From Vulcanimicrobiota bacterium (lineage in GTDB: Bacteria; Vulcanimicrobiota; Vulcanimicrobiia; Vulcanimicrobiales; Vulcanimicrobiaceae): a DNA stretch of 64,000 nucleotides. The stretch spans positions 6,753 through 70,752 of the forward strand of contig PLED01000082.1 in the NCBI GenBank assembly GCA_003136355.1. Direction: 5' to 3'. The notes below the pieces were generated by a model. It saw nothing but the letters and a program-made list of their open reading frames with translations, was not told the origin of the DNA and did no database searches. The stretch's first letter is position 1. Each line of letters begins with the position of its first letter. Position numbers and translations under genes: made by a program. Positions 48,974 through 58,813 of the stretch are shown one piece after another.

Positions 48974-50446
48974 GTTCGAAGGATTGCCGCCGCGCTGACG
49001 GTTGTCCTTGCCTTATGCGGTGTGCCCGCGCACGCGCAAACCCTGATCGTTCCGCTAACCGGGCATCGCGCGCGCACAATCGAACCGGCCTCGCTTTTCC
49101 ATACGCTCTTCTCAGATTTTTTCAGCGAACGCGACGGTACGACGTACGTGCAAACCGGCGACATTCCCGCGATGTGGCTGCGCGACTCGTCCGCGCAGAC
49201 GATTCCCTACGTGCGGTTCGTTCCGGGATATCCGATTCTCGCGGTGCGGCTGCTCGGCGTTATCGAGCGCAACGCGCGCAACGTGGCCGTCGATCCATAC
49301 GCGAACGCGTTCACAGCGGACTACCATATCTGGGAGCGCAAATGGGAAGCGGATTCGCTCGCATGGCCCGTGCTGCTGGCGTGGGTGGTCCGGCAGCAAA
49401 CCGGCACGCGCGCAATCTTCAGCAATGCGTTCCACCGCGAACTGCGCGCGAGCGTGGATACGTGGCGGTGCGAGCAGCTGCATGCGAACTGCAGCCGCTA
49501 TCACACCGAGCTGCAAACCGGAGCGTTTAATCCGGGAACCGGAATGATTTGGACCGCCTACCGTCCCTCCGACGACGCCGTCCGCTATCATTTCAATATA
49601 CCGCAGGAAGCGATCGCGGCGACCGCTCTGCGCGTCATCGCAACGCTCGCCGTCGATGGATACGGCGACCGCAATCTCGCAAACGAAGCGAACGCGATGT
49701 CGGCGCAGGTTGAAGACGGCATCGAACTTTACGGACGGGCTTGGCGGCCCGAACTGGGCGGCTGGGTCTACGCTTATGAAACCGACGGCAACGGCGCGCA
49801 GCTCTTTGCCGACGACGCCAACATTCCGAACCTCACGGCGATGCCGTACATCGGATGGTCGTCGTCTTCGGATCCCGTCTATTTGAACACGCGTGCGTTC
49901 GCGCTTTCCTCCGGCAATCCGTGGTACTACAAAGGACTCTACGCTTCGGGATTGGGCAGCGAACACACGCCGGCCGGATACGTGTGGCCGCTGGGCATCA
50001 TCGGACGAGCGCTGACCGCGACGTCGTCGCAAGAGATCGCGGCGAGCGTAACGACGCTGGCCGAAACCGACAGCAAAGACGGTCTCATCCACGAGAGCTT
50101 TAACGCAAACGCGTACTGGGCGTTTACGCGCGCCGAATTCGGTTGGGCGAACGCCCTCTACGCCGAGCTGCTGTTTCGCACGCTGGCCGGATTTTCGGCC
50201 GCGCCGCTAACGGGCGCCGGTACTCCGGTCATTCCGTTTGAAGCGCTCAGCGGAACGCCGGCGATCGTGAGCGCGCCGGGCATTCAGATCTATAACACGA
50301 CGCTGATCTACGGCGCGCTGGATCGCTTGTTGATCGAAGCGAACGGCCGAACGATCGTGCCGGGAGCGCCTGCGATGATCATGATCCGAAGCGCCGGCAG
50401 CGCTCCGCGTACTGCGTCAAAGCGCTCGCAAAATCGTTCTCGCTGA
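48953..50446 (+). CDS. GH125 (metal-independent exo-alpha-1,6-mannosidase, DUF1237) family protein
   Basis: TGDIPAMWLRDSSAQ is the hallmark motif. The GTG at 48953 gives the signal VIAWIAHVRRIAAALTVVLALCGVPAHA. The start is uncertain. Confidence 0.8.
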   Translation: MIAWIAHVRRIAAALTVVLALCGVPAHAQTLIVPLTGHRARTIEPASLFHTLFSDFFSERDGTTYVQTGDIPAMWLRDSSAQTIPYVRFVPGYPILAVRLLGVIERNARNVAVDPYANAFTADYHIWERKWEADSLAWPVLLAWVVRQQTGTRAIFSNAFHRELRASVDTWRCEQLHANCSRYHTELQTGAFNPGTGMIWTAYRPSDDAVRYHFNIPQEAIAATALRVIATLAVDGYGDRNLANEANAMSAQVEDGIELYGRAWRPELGGWVYAYETDGNGAQLFADDANIPNLTAMPYIGWSSSSDPVYLNTRAFALSSGNPWYYKGLYASGLGSEHTPAGYVWPLGIIGRALTATSSQEIAASVTTLAETDSKDGLIHESFNANAYWAFTRAEFGWANALYAELLFRTLAGFSAAPLTGAGTPVIPFEALSGTPAIVSAPGIQIYNTTLIYGALDRLLIEANGRTIVPGAPAMIMIRSAGSAPRTASKRSQNRSR

Positions 50447-51092
50447 ACTCCGGCCACATCACGGGCAGCGTCAGCAGCTCCGTGTACGCGAGTTGGAAGA
50501 GAAGAAAATTGGAGACGCGGAAGTCGCCGCCCGTGCGGATCAGCAGGTCGGGATCGGGCTGGCGCGGAGCGTAGAAGCGGCGGCGCAAAGCGGATTCGTC
50601 AACATCACGCGCGCGTAGACTCCCGGATTCGACGTCATCGGCAATCGCCCGCACCGCGCGGACGATCTCGGCGCGTCCGCTGTAATTCAGCGCGAGATTC
50701 AGCGTCAGCCGCCGGTTGTGCTCCGTTGCGCGCACGAGCCTCTCGATCGCGCAACGCGCGGGACGGGGAAATTCGGCGATGTCGCCGACGACTTGGACGG
50801 CAACGCCTTGCCTGCGAAGTGCGGCGAGCTCGGTTCGCGCAAAGATCGCGCACAGCTGCATGAGGGCGCGCACTTCGGATGGATCGCGCGCCCAATTCTC
50901 CGTTGAGAAACCATAAACGGTCAGTACTTTCACGCCGGTCGCCAGCGCGGCGCGGACCGTGGCGCGCAGCGCGCCGACTCCGCGGCGGTAGCCTTCGGCT
51001 GCCGGCAACCCGCGACTCCTGGCCCAACGGCGGTTGCCGTCCATGATGACGGCTACGTGGACGGGGAGCGCATCTTGAACCGGAGCGTGCAT
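50379..51092 (-). CDS. uppS: isoprenyl transferase (undecaprenyl-diphosphate synthase)
   Basis: The last 237 aa of ORF 50379..51992: HVAVIMDGNRRWA, FSTENW, and RTGG..R.SNFLL.Q. Confidence 0.93.
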   Translation of the reverse strand: MHAPVQDALPVHVAVIMDGNRRWARSRGLPAAEGYRRGVGALRATVRAALATGVKVLTVYGFSTENWARDPSEVRALMQLCAIFARTELAALRRQGVAVQVVGDIAEFPRPARCAIERLVRATEHNRRLTLNLALNYSGRAEIVRAVRAIADDVESGSLRARDVDESALRRRFYAPRQPDPDLLIRTGGDFRVSNFLLFQLAYTELLTLPVMWPEFSENDFASALTQYAERCRRFGS

Positions 51093-51097
51093 TGCCA

Positions 51098-51124
51098 CAT
51101 TTACTTTGTACCACAAAGTAAATG
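51098..51124. promoter_or_regulatory. perfect 12-3-12 AT-rich palindrome in the uppS/tricorn divergent region
   Basis: CATTTACTTTGT-ACC-ACAAAGTAAATG lies 6 nt upstream of the uppS ATG and 50 nt upstream of the tricorn ATG. Confidence 0.5.
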
Positions 51125-51173
51125 ACCCGGGCAAGCGGGACCGGCCTTCCCGGACGCTAACCATACCGCCCTC

Positions 51174-54100
51174 ATGGACCTTGGGTATTGTAGATTCGCG
51201 ACGGTCTCGGGCGATCGCGTCGCATTCGTCTGCGAAGACGACGTCTGGATCGCTCCGCTGGCGGGCGGCGCCGCGGTCCGTCTCACCGCGACCCCCGGCG
51301 CATGCAGCACGCCGCGCTTCGCACCTGACGGCGCGCAGATCGCCTTCGTCGCTACCGACGAGGGCAACGCGGAAGTCTACGTCGTGCCGGCGGCCGGCGG
51401 GAAACCGCGGCGGCTGACGTTCCTTGGCGGAACGCTGACCACGGTCAGCGGATGGACGCCCGACGGTTCGGAGATTCTCTTTGTTTCGAATCCGAACGCT
51501 TGGTACGAACGTGACACGCGCGGCTTTGCCGTACCGGCCTCCGGCGGAACGCCGCGTCCGCTCGGCCTCGGACACATGCGCGCGATTTCTCCCGGACCCG
51601 GAACGCGGATCGCGATCGGGCGTAACGCCGACGATCCGGCGCGCTGGAAACGATACCACGGCGGAACTTCCGGCGAAATTTGGATCGATGCGGCCGGCGA
51701 AGGCGAATTCGAACATCTCGCGCTGCCCGACGGCAATCCCGTTTGGCCGATGTGGATCGGCGACCGGATCTATTTCGCCGCAGATCACGAAGGCCTGGGC
51801 AACATCTATTCTTGCGCGTTGGACGGCAGCGACGTGCAGAGGCACACGCATCACGGCGAATACTACGCGCGCTTTCCGTCGACCGACGGATCGCGCATCG
51901 TCTACACCGCGGGCGGAGCGCTCTTCTGCTACGACGTCAAGACAGGCGAATCGCACGAAGTTGAGGTCACCATGCCGTCGGCAGCCTCGCAAACCGTGCG
52001 CAAGTTTTTACCGGGAACGCACACGCTCGACGAGTTCGCGCCCTCTCCCGACGGCACCAAACTCGCAGTTATCGCGCGGGGGCAGCCGTTCACCATGCCG
52101 TTCTGGGAAGAAGCGCCCGTGGGACACGGCGCCGGCAGCGCGGTGCGTTACCGTTGCATCGCCTGGTTGAACGACGGGCGCTTCGCGACGACCACGGACG
52201 TCAACGGCTTCGAGCAGATCGCCGTGCATGAGGTCGACGGATCGAAAGAACCGGTTTTGGTAACGACGGGCGACATCGGGCGCGTCACCGAGCTCGTTGC
52301 TTCGTCCGTCAAGGACATCGTCGCGTTTGCGAACCATCGTTACGAACTGATCGCAGTCGACTTGCGCGACGGCGCGCCGCGCGTGCTCGACAAGAGTGTG
52401 GGGAACCGCGTCACCGGCCTCGCGTTTTCACCCGACGGCCGCTATCTCGCCTATGCGTGGTCGCCGCTCGATCAAGCCGTCTCGATCATTCGCGTCGTCA
52501 AATTGAAGTCGGGCGAGATTCACGACGTCACACCGCAGCTGCGCGCCGATCAAAATCCGGCGTGGGATCCCGAAGGCCGGTACCTGTACTTCATCTCCAC
52601 GCGCGACTTCGATCCGGTTTACGACGCGCTGCAGTTCGACTTGAGCTTTCCGCAAGCGCAACGGCCGTTCGTCACGACGCTGCGCGCCGACGTGCCCAAT
52701 CCCTTCACGCCGACGCCCAAGCCCGTTCACCGCGACCTCGATCACGATCGCGACGGACCGGAGAAAAAGAAAGACTCGGGGCCGCCGCGGCTTGAGATCG
52801 ATTTTGACGGAATACAGGGCCGGATCTTGGCTTTCCCGGTGGACGAAGGCGAGTACGATCAGATCGTAGCCGTCCGTAACCGCGTGCTGTTCACCAAATT
52901 CGAAGTGCGCGGCATCAAGCCGCAGTCGCGTTCGTGGGACGAAGAGGACGCGGCCGGAACGCTGATGGCCTACGATTTTGAAACGCAGCGTGCCGCGACC
53001 GTGGCGACTGACGTCTGCGAGATCGCTCTCGCGGCCGATCACCACACGCTGCTCTACCGCTCGCACGAGAAGCTGCGCGCGATCGATGCGCTCGCCGAAC
53101 TGCCCGACGATCACGACGATCCCAAACCGCCGTCCGAACCGGGACGCAAGAGCGGCTGGATCGATCTGGATCGCATCAGCGTCGAAATCGAACCGCGCGC
53201 AGAATGGCGGCAGATGTATCGCGAAGCGTGGCGGCTGCAAACCGAGCACTACTGGCTCGAAGACATGGCCGACATTGACTGGGATCGCGTACGCGACCGT
53301 TACGAAGCCGTGCTTCCGCGCGTGCGCACGCGCGCCGAACTCTCGGATCTCATCTGGGAGATGCATGGGGAGCTCGGCACGTCGCACGCCTATGAATACG
53401 GTGGCGACCTTCGTGAGCCGCCCCAATACCGCCGCGGCTTTTTAGGCGCCGACTACATCTACGACGACGCCGCGGGCGGCTGGCGCATCACGCACATCCT
53501 GCGCGGCGACTCTTGGAATCCGCAAAGCGATTCGCCGCTGGCCGAGCCCGGCCTGAACGTTCGCGAAGGCGACGTGCTCGCCGCAATCGGCGGAAAGAAA
53601 CTCGACCGGGAGTTCGGACCGGACCACGCGCTGGTCAACGCCGCGGGCCGCGAGGTCAGCGTCGTCATTCGTTCCGGATCGCAAGAGCGCCCCGTCACCG
53701 CCAAAGCGCTTGCAAGCGAACAGAGCTTGCGTTACCGCGCATGGGTGGACGCGCAGCGGAAGTACGTCCATGAAGCGACCGGCGAGAAGATCGGCTACGT
53801 GCACATTCCCGATATGGGACCGTGGGGATTTTCGGAGTTTCACCGCGGCTATCTTTCTGAATTCGATCGCAGCGGACTGATCGTGGACGTGCGGTACAAT
53901 CGCGGAGGTCACGTTTCGCCGCTGCTGCTCGAAAAGCTCGCGCGCAAACGCGTAGGTTACGACATCGCGCGTTACAGCCAAAAACCGTTTCCCTACCCAC
54001 CCGAGTCGGTCGCCGGCCCGCTCGTCGCGATCACCAATCAGTTTGCGGGATCGGACGGCGACATCTTCAGCCACTGCTTCAAACTCTACAAACTCGGCCC

Positions 54101-54404
54101 GCTGGTCGGAAAGCGCACGTGGGGCGGTGTGGTCGGCATCAATCCGTATCACCGTCTGGTGGACGGCACGATCACCACGCAGCCGGAGTTTTCGTTCTGG
54201 TTCAAAGACGTCGGCTGGCGCGTCGAAAACTACGGAACCGATCCCGACTACGACGTGGATATTGCCCCGCACCATTACCGCGAAGGCAAAGATCCACAGC
54301 TCGACTTCGCGATCCGGCTCGTCATGACGGCGGCTGAAAACTTCCACGAAACCTACCCGGATTTGGCCACGAGAACGTCACTTTCGCTGCCGGCTCTGCC
54401 GTAA
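51174..54404 (+). CDS. tricorn protease homolog (S41B)
   Basis: 1076 aa. N-terminal beta-propellers (RFPSTDGSRIVYTAGG.., FSPDGRYLAY) and a C-terminal S41 domain (NQFAGSDGDIF). Confidence 0.88.
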   Translation: MDLGYCRFATVSGDRVAFVCEDDVWIAPLAGGAAVRLTATPGACSTPRFAPDGAQIAFVATDEGNAEVYVVPAAGGKPRRLTFLGGTLTTVSGWTPDGSEILFVSNPNAWYERDTRGFAVPASGGTPRPLGLGHMRAISPGPGTRIAIGRNADDPARWKRYHGGTSGEIWIDAAGEGEFEHLALPDGNPVWPMWIGDRIYFAADHEGLGNIYSCALDGSDVQRHTHHGEYYARFPSTDGSRIVYTAGGALFCYDVKTGESHEVEVTMPSAASQTVRKFLPGTHTLDEFAPSPDGTKLAVIARGQPFTMPFWEEAPVGHGAGSAVRYRCIAWLNDGRFATTTDVNGFEQIAVHEVDGSKEPVLVTTGDIGRVTELVASSVKDIVAFANHRYELIAVDLRDGAPRVLDKSVGNRVTGLAFSPDGRYLAYAWSPLDQAVSIIRVVKLKSGEIHDVTPQLRADQNPAWDPEGRYLYFISTRDFDPVYDALQFDLSFPQAQRPFVTTLRADVPNPFTPTPKPVHRDLDHDRDGPEKKKDSGPPRLEIDFDGIQGRILAFPVDEGEYDQIVAVRNRVLFTKFEVRGIKPQSRSWDEEDAAGTLMAYDFETQRAATVATDVCEIALAADHHTLLYRSHEKLRAIDALAELPDDHDDPKPPSEPGRKSGWIDLDRISVEIEPRAEWRQMYREAWRLQTEHYWLEDMADIDWDRVRDRYEAVLPRVRTRAELSDLIWEMHGELGTSHAYEYGGDLREPPQYRRGFLGADYIYDDAAGGWRITHILRGDSWNPQSDSPLAEPGLNVREGDVLAAIGGKKLDREFGPDHALVNAAGREVSVVIRSGSQERPVTAKALASEQSLRYRAWVDAQRKYVHEATGEKIGYVHIPDMGPWGFSEFHRGYLSEFDRSGLIVDVRYNRGGHVSPLLLEKLARKRVGYDIARYSQKPFPYPPESVAGPLVAITNQFAGSDGDIFSHCFKLYKLGPLVGKRTWGGVVGINPYHRLVDGTITTQPEFSFWFKDVGWRVENYGTDPDYDVDIAPHHYREGKDPQLDFAIRLVMTAAENFHETYPDLATRTSLSLPALP

Positions 54405-54405
54405 G

Positions 54406-55242
54406 CTAGTCCTTTCCGTTTCCCATCGGAACAAATTTCAGACGCTGCAGCAGCGTCCTGTCTCGCGTGACAAAGTCGATAAAACCGGCGACCTGCGCGC
54501 TCGGTTGTCCGTTTGTATACATGTGCTCGTAAGACCAATACGGGTAGTTCTTGAGCCCGGCTTGAGCCGCGCCGATGCCGTTAATGGACAGAACTGTCTG
54601 CGAGCCGGGTTGGACGTATGCTAGGCCGAGATATGAAATAGCGCCCGGCGTCTGGGCGACCATGGCGGACACCGTTCCCGAAGAATCTTGCGTCAAGCCG
54701 CTCTCCGAAGGTTCGTGACCGCCCAATATTTTGCTTACCAGCACTGCGCGCGTGCCCGAGCTGCGCGGCCGGTTAATGACGGTGATCGTTCCGGCGTGCC
54801 CGCCGGCTTGGTTCCAGTTCGTAATCTTTCCACTGAAGATATCGCGCAGCTGCGCGGTCGTGAGGTTCTTGACGCCGGTTTGCGGATTGACGACGATGCC
54901 GAAAATCACAATGGCCACCTTGTGATCGACTAAACTGGGTTCGTTCTGCCCGGGAATATCGGAGTCACCGATGTCGACCGCGCGCTGCGCGACCTGCGTA
55001 ATGCCGACGCGCGATCCGCCGCCCGCGACGCTGATCTTGACATTCGGGTGCGCGTTTTGATAATCGACGGCCGCCTGCTTCACCAGAGGCAACAGCGCGG
55101 TCGAGCCGGAGATTGAGATCGAGCCTGGGTTGCCGGCCGTGCCCGACGGGCTGCCGGACTGCGAGGAGCACGCCGCAAGCAGCAGCGCGAGAGCGGCGAT
55201 CAACGTTCTATGCGTCATCGAGCGTTGGTACTTGATCGTCAT
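54406..55242 (-). CDS. pstS: phosphate-binding protein PstS-family lipoprotein
   Basis: An internal ATG gives MTIKYQRSMTHRTLIAALALLLAAC. ISGSTALLPLV .. GGGSRVGI. No pstCAB genes are adjacent. Confidence 0.8.
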   Translation of the reverse strand: MTIKYQRSMTHRTLIAALALLLAACSSQSGSPSGTAGNPGSISISGSTALLPLVKQAAVDYQNAHPNVKISVAGGGSRVGITQVAQRAVDIGDSDIPGQNEPSLVDHKVAIVIFGIVVNPQTGVKNLTTAQLRDIFSGKITNWNQAGGHAGTITVINRPRSSGTRAVLVSKILGGHEPSESGLTQDSSGTVSAMVAQTPGAISYLGLAYVQPGSQTVLSINGIGAAQAGLKNYPYWSYEHMYTNGQPSAQVAGFIDFVTRDRTLLQRLKFVPMGNGKD

Positions 55243-56162
55243 CGCGGGACCTTCATCGTTTGGCGGATGAACTGCATGAGCACCGGATAGACGATATCGA
55301 TTCGCGGAGTTGCATTTTGCGGATCGATGATGTCGTGGTTTGACGGAAGATCGGTAAAGCGGTAGGCCTGCGTGAACTCCCGGCGGTAGCGCTGCCATGC
55401 CAGCCCGACGCTGTCGGCGGCGTGATTATTGACGGCCGGATCGCGCTCGTTGGTAAGGATCGTCGCGCGGCCTCCCGCAAACGGTGTGGCGCGCGAGGCA
55501 TCCCACACATCGTCTCCGATCAGCAAACACTCTCCGAGCGCGTGCGTGGAAAATCGCGGGTATCCGGTCGGCGGCATGATGTTTTCTTTGTTGCGCGGAT
55601 CCCACCAGACGAAAGCGTTGGGCAGTTTGCGCATGGCGGCGCCGGCGAGCCGGCTCACCGGGTACGCGAGTTTCAGCAGCGCGAAGACCGGGCTCACGGC
55701 GATCGCATGCGCGACGTCGGATCGGTGCTGCGCGAAATACGCGCACAGTAATCCGCTCGTCGAAATGCCGAGGACGCAGACGCGTTCGCCCAAGCCGCAC
55801 GCGATGTCGACGGCCTCGGTCGCCGACGAGAGCAACATCTCGGCCGTGAGATTCGCCAGACGCGTCGTCATGCGATCGCGATCGCCTTGCTCGGGAAGCC
55901 GCGGCACGAAGACGTTCGCGCCGAGCTCGCGCACGAGCGGAGCAAATTTCACGTACTGGCCCGGATGATTTGTGATGCCGTGCAGCAGCACGACGGCCAG
56001 CTGTGCGCGGTCGCCGGTGTCGTACAGTTGAGTGTATGCCTCGGGCAGAATGCGCGGATCGCGATCGAGCGCTTTGAACCTATCGGCGCGTTCCTTGGCC
56101 TCCAAATACGATCGCGCCGGCGAGGCAGAAACGGTCAGCGGCATTTGGCATACCTGAAACAT
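55239..56162 (-). CDS. alpha/beta-fold hydrolase (paralog A)
   Basis: VVLLHGITNHP, FVPRLPEQGDRDRM, and the nucleophile elbow GISTSG. Paralog of 56697..57554. Confidence 0.75.
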   Translation of the reverse strand: MFQVCQMPLTVSASPARSYLEAKERADRFKALDRDPRILPEAYTQLYDTGDRAQLAVVLLHGITNHPGQYVKFAPLVRELGANVFVPRLPEQGDRDRMTTRLANLTAEMLLSSATEAVDIACGLGERVCVLGISTSGLLCAYFAQHRSDVAHAIAVSPVFALLKLAYPVSRLAGAAMRKLPNAFVWWDPRNKENIMPPTGYPRFSTHALGECLLIGDDVWDASRATPFAGGRATILTNERDPAVNNHAADSVGLAWQRYRREFTQAYRFTDLPSNHDIIDPQNATPRIDIVYPVLMQFIRQTMKVPR

Positions 56163-56704
56163 GTCGCGACGTGGTCGTTGACCATGCCAACCGCCTGCAT
56201 GAACGAATAGCAGATCGTCGATCCGACGAACGTGAAGCCGCGCTTGCGCAAATCGGCGCTGAGCTCGTCGGATTGCTTACTTGTAGCCGGCAATCGCGAG
56301 CGCGCGGTCCGTCTGGCGCAGAGCGATTTTCCGCCCACAAAGGACCACACATACGCGTCGAAGCTGCCGAACTCGCGCTGCACGCGCAGGAAGGCCTTTG
56401 CATTTTTTACGGCTCCGCGCACTTTCAAGCGGTTGCGGACGATCCCCGGATTCTTCAGAATGCTTTGCACTTTCGCTTCGCTGAATTTCGCCACGCGGCT
56501 CGGGTCGAAGTTTGCGAAGAGCTTTCGGTAGGCATCGCGCTTGGCCAAAATCGTGTTCCAACTCAGGCCGGCCTGCGCGCCCTCGAGCAGTAAAAACTCG
56601 AAGTGGACGCGATCGTCATGCACGGGAACGCCCCATTCGCGATCGTGGTAAGCGATCGAAGCTTCGGTGACGGCCCACGCACAGCGCCTTGGGGAATCAG
56701 CCAT
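56135..56704 (-). CDS. tag: DNA-3-methyladenine glycosylase I
   Basis: RCAWA....Y..YHD.EWGVPVHDD..HFE.L.LEGAQAGLSW.TIL.KR.. Confidence 0.93.
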   Translation of the reverse strand: MADSPRRCAWAVTEASIAYHDREWGVPVHDDRVHFEFLLLEGAQAGLSWNTILAKRDAYRKLFANFDPSRVAKFSEAKVQSILKNPGIVRNRLKVRGAVKNAKAFLRVQREFGSFDAYVWSFVGGKSLCARRTARSRLPATSKQSDELSADLRKRGFTFVGSTICYSFMQAVGMVNDHVATCFRYAKCR

Positions 56705-57554
56705 CTATCAAGTCTACCAGACGCGGCTGCAGGCGCAGCGCGATGTCGGGATAGCGTTTGGGTTCGATCACGTCGTGCGCGAACGGCAAGTCGCGAAAAC
56801 GCTCGACGCGCACGTTCGCGCCGTGGGCCTTCCAAAGATCGGCGAGCTTGACTGCGGCGCGATTGCTGACGGCGGGCTCGCGAACGTTTATCGCCACGAT
56901 CAATTCTTTGGCGGCGGGCGGCCCGGCGCGCGCGGCAGCCATCAGTTCGTAGGCGAGTTTCAGACCTTCCGCGAGCGCGTGCGTTGAGTACCGAGGATAC
57001 CCGTGCGCAGGCAGTTGTTTTTCGCGCAGCCACGGATCCCACCAGAAGAAACGGTTCGGAAAATGGAGCGCCATCCGCGACGCGAGTTCGCCCCAACGCG
57101 TCGGCATCCAGATGAATCCTAAAAACGGGACGATCGCCACGGCTTTGTGCAGCGGTTCGACTTGGCCCGCGCACGCGGTCAGCAAACCGCCCAAAGAAAA
57201 GCCCGCAACGCTCACCTCTTCACCTAAGCCGCGCGCGACTTCGAGCGAGTCGCGCAGGCACGCTTTTAGCTGTTCGGCCGTCATGCCGGCGAGCGCGCGC
57301 GACATGCGATCTTCGCGCCCGTGCTGCGGAAGGCGCGGAACGAATACGTTGTGACCGCGTTCGTGAAGCGCGCGCGCGATGCCGATCATCTGCGGCGGGC
57401 TGGCGCTCAACCCGTGAAATAATACGATCGCGCGCGGGGTGCGGTGGCCGTGATCGAAAACGAGCGAACGCCCGAGCTCGCCGATGCCGGCGCCATCGCG
57501 AGAACGGAAACGCGCGATTCCCTCTTGCGCGCTACGGTACGATGCATCATTCAT
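56697..57554 (-). CDS. alpha/beta-fold hydrolase (paralog B)
   Basis: IVLFHGLSASP, FVPRLPQHGREDRM, and the nucleophile elbow GFSLGG. Confidence 0.75.
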   Translation of the reverse strand: MNDASYRSAQEGIARFRSRDGAGIGELGRSLVFDHGHRTPRAIVLFHGLSASPPQMIGIARALHERGHNVFVPRLPQHGREDRMSRALAGMTAEQLKACLRDSLEVARGLGEEVSVAGFSLGGLLTACAGQVEPLHKAVAIVPFLGFIWMPTRWGELASRMALHFPNRFFWWDPWLREKQLPAHGYPRYSTHALAEGLKLAYELMAAARAGPPAAKELIVAINVREPAVSNRAAVKLADLWKAHGANVRVERFRDLPFAHDVIEPKRYPDIALRLQPRLVDLIDG

Positions 57555-57601
57555 GAAGAAAGAGGGAACGCTCTTAAAGCGGACGGAACCGCATTCCTAC
57601 A

Positions 57602-58813
57602 ATGCACGACATCGATCGCAACGCTGCGGCTTTCATCGAACTCGAAGACCGCTACGGCGCCCATAATTACCAGCCGCTCGATCTCGTCGTCGAGCGGGCA
57701 GAGGGCGTTTGGCTCTACGACGGTGCCGGAAAACGTTACCTCGATTGCGTGAGCGCATACTCGGCGGTCAACCAAGGGCATTGCCACCCGCGCATCCGCG
57801 CCGCGCTCGAAGAGCAAGCCAAAAAAGTTACATTGACGTCGCGCGCGATGCGCAACGATCGCTTAGGACCGTTTCTCGCGCGCCTGACGGAGTTCTGCGG
57901 ATACGAGTCGGCGCTGCCGATGAACACGGGCGTCGAAGCGGTGGAGACCGCCATCAAACTCGCGCGGCGCTATGCATACGAAATCAAACGCGTCGCGCCC
58001 GACCGCGCCGAAATCATCGTCTTCGCCAATAACTTTCACGGACGCACCACCGCCGCGATCAGCGCGAGCACGACCGAACAATACCGTCACGACTTTGGAC
58101 CGTTCATGCCCGGATTCGTCGCCGTTCCCTACGGCGACTACGATGCGTTGACGGCGGCGATCAACGAACGCACGTGCGCGATCCTCGTCGAACCGATCCA
58201 GGGCGAGGGCGGCGTGATCGTCCCACCGCCGGATTTTTTGAAACGCGCTTGGGGTTTGTGCCGCGAACATCGCGTGCTGTTCATGGCGGACGAAATTCAG
58301 ACCGGGCTCGGGCGCACCGGCGATCTGTTCGCATGCGATCACGACGGAATTAAACCGGACATCATGATCGTGGGAAAAGCTCTGGGCGGCGGATACTATC
58401 CCGTCTCCGCGATGCTTGCAAGCCGCGACCTGATGAAACTCTTCGGCCCGGGCGATCACGGCAGCACGTTCGGCGGTAATCCCTTGGCGTGCGCGGTCGG
58501 ACTGGCTTCGCTCGACGTGATCGAAGGCGAGAATCTCCCCGCTCGTGCGCGATATGCGGGAGCGCGGCTGATGCGCGGATTGCGCGAGCTCGCATCGCCG
58601 GCAACCGAAGAGATTCGCGGACGCGGACTGTTGATTGGACTCCAACTCACCGTGCCGGCGCGGCGCGTAGCCGAACTGCTGATGGAACGCGGCGTCGTCG
58701 CCAAAGACACGCACGAAGACGTGCTGCGCATCGCTCCGCCGCTGGTCATCGAAGACGCCGAGATCGATCTTTTGCTGACGGCGATGGACGGCGCGCTTAA
58801 GGCAGCTCTTTAA
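57602..58813 (+). CDS. rocD: ornithine--oxo-acid aminotransferase
   Basis: 403 aa. YGAHNYQPLDLV.., SAYSAVNQGHCHP, DEIQTGLGRTG, and the PLP-Lys context IMIVGKALGGG. Confidence 0.9.
   Translation: MHDIDRNAAAFIELEDRYGAHNYQPLDLVVERAEGVWLYDGAGKRYLDCVSAYSAVNQGHCHPRIRAALEEQAKKVTLTSRAMRNDRLGPFLARLTEFCGYESALPMNTGVEAVETAIKLARRYAYEIKRVAPDRAEIIVFANNFHGRTTAAISASTTEQYRHDFGPFMPGFVAVPYGDYDALTAAINERTCAILVEPIQGEGGVIVPPPDFLKRAWGLCREHRVLFMADEIQTGLGRTGDLFACDHDGIKPDIMIVGKALGGGYYPVSAMLASRDLMKLFGPGDHGSTFGGNPLACAVGLASLDVIEGENLPARARYAGARLMRGLRELASPATEEIRGRGLLIGLQLTVPARRVAELLMERGVVAKDTHEDVLRIAPPLVIEDAEIDLLLTAMDGALKAAL

Noticed and set aside
50379-50446. A 68-bp convergent overlap between the GH125 3' end and the uppS 3' end
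   Set aside because: It is probably benign. The GH125 tail (..RSAGSAPRTASKRSQNRSR) looks like a low-complexity read-on past the conserved domain. There is no sign of a programmed feature.
51093-51992. The N-terminal 300 codons of the 537-aa ORF 50379..51992
   Set aside because: Only the last 237 aa form UppS (start 51092). The upstream part is antisense to the tricorn protease gene and is Arg-rich noise.
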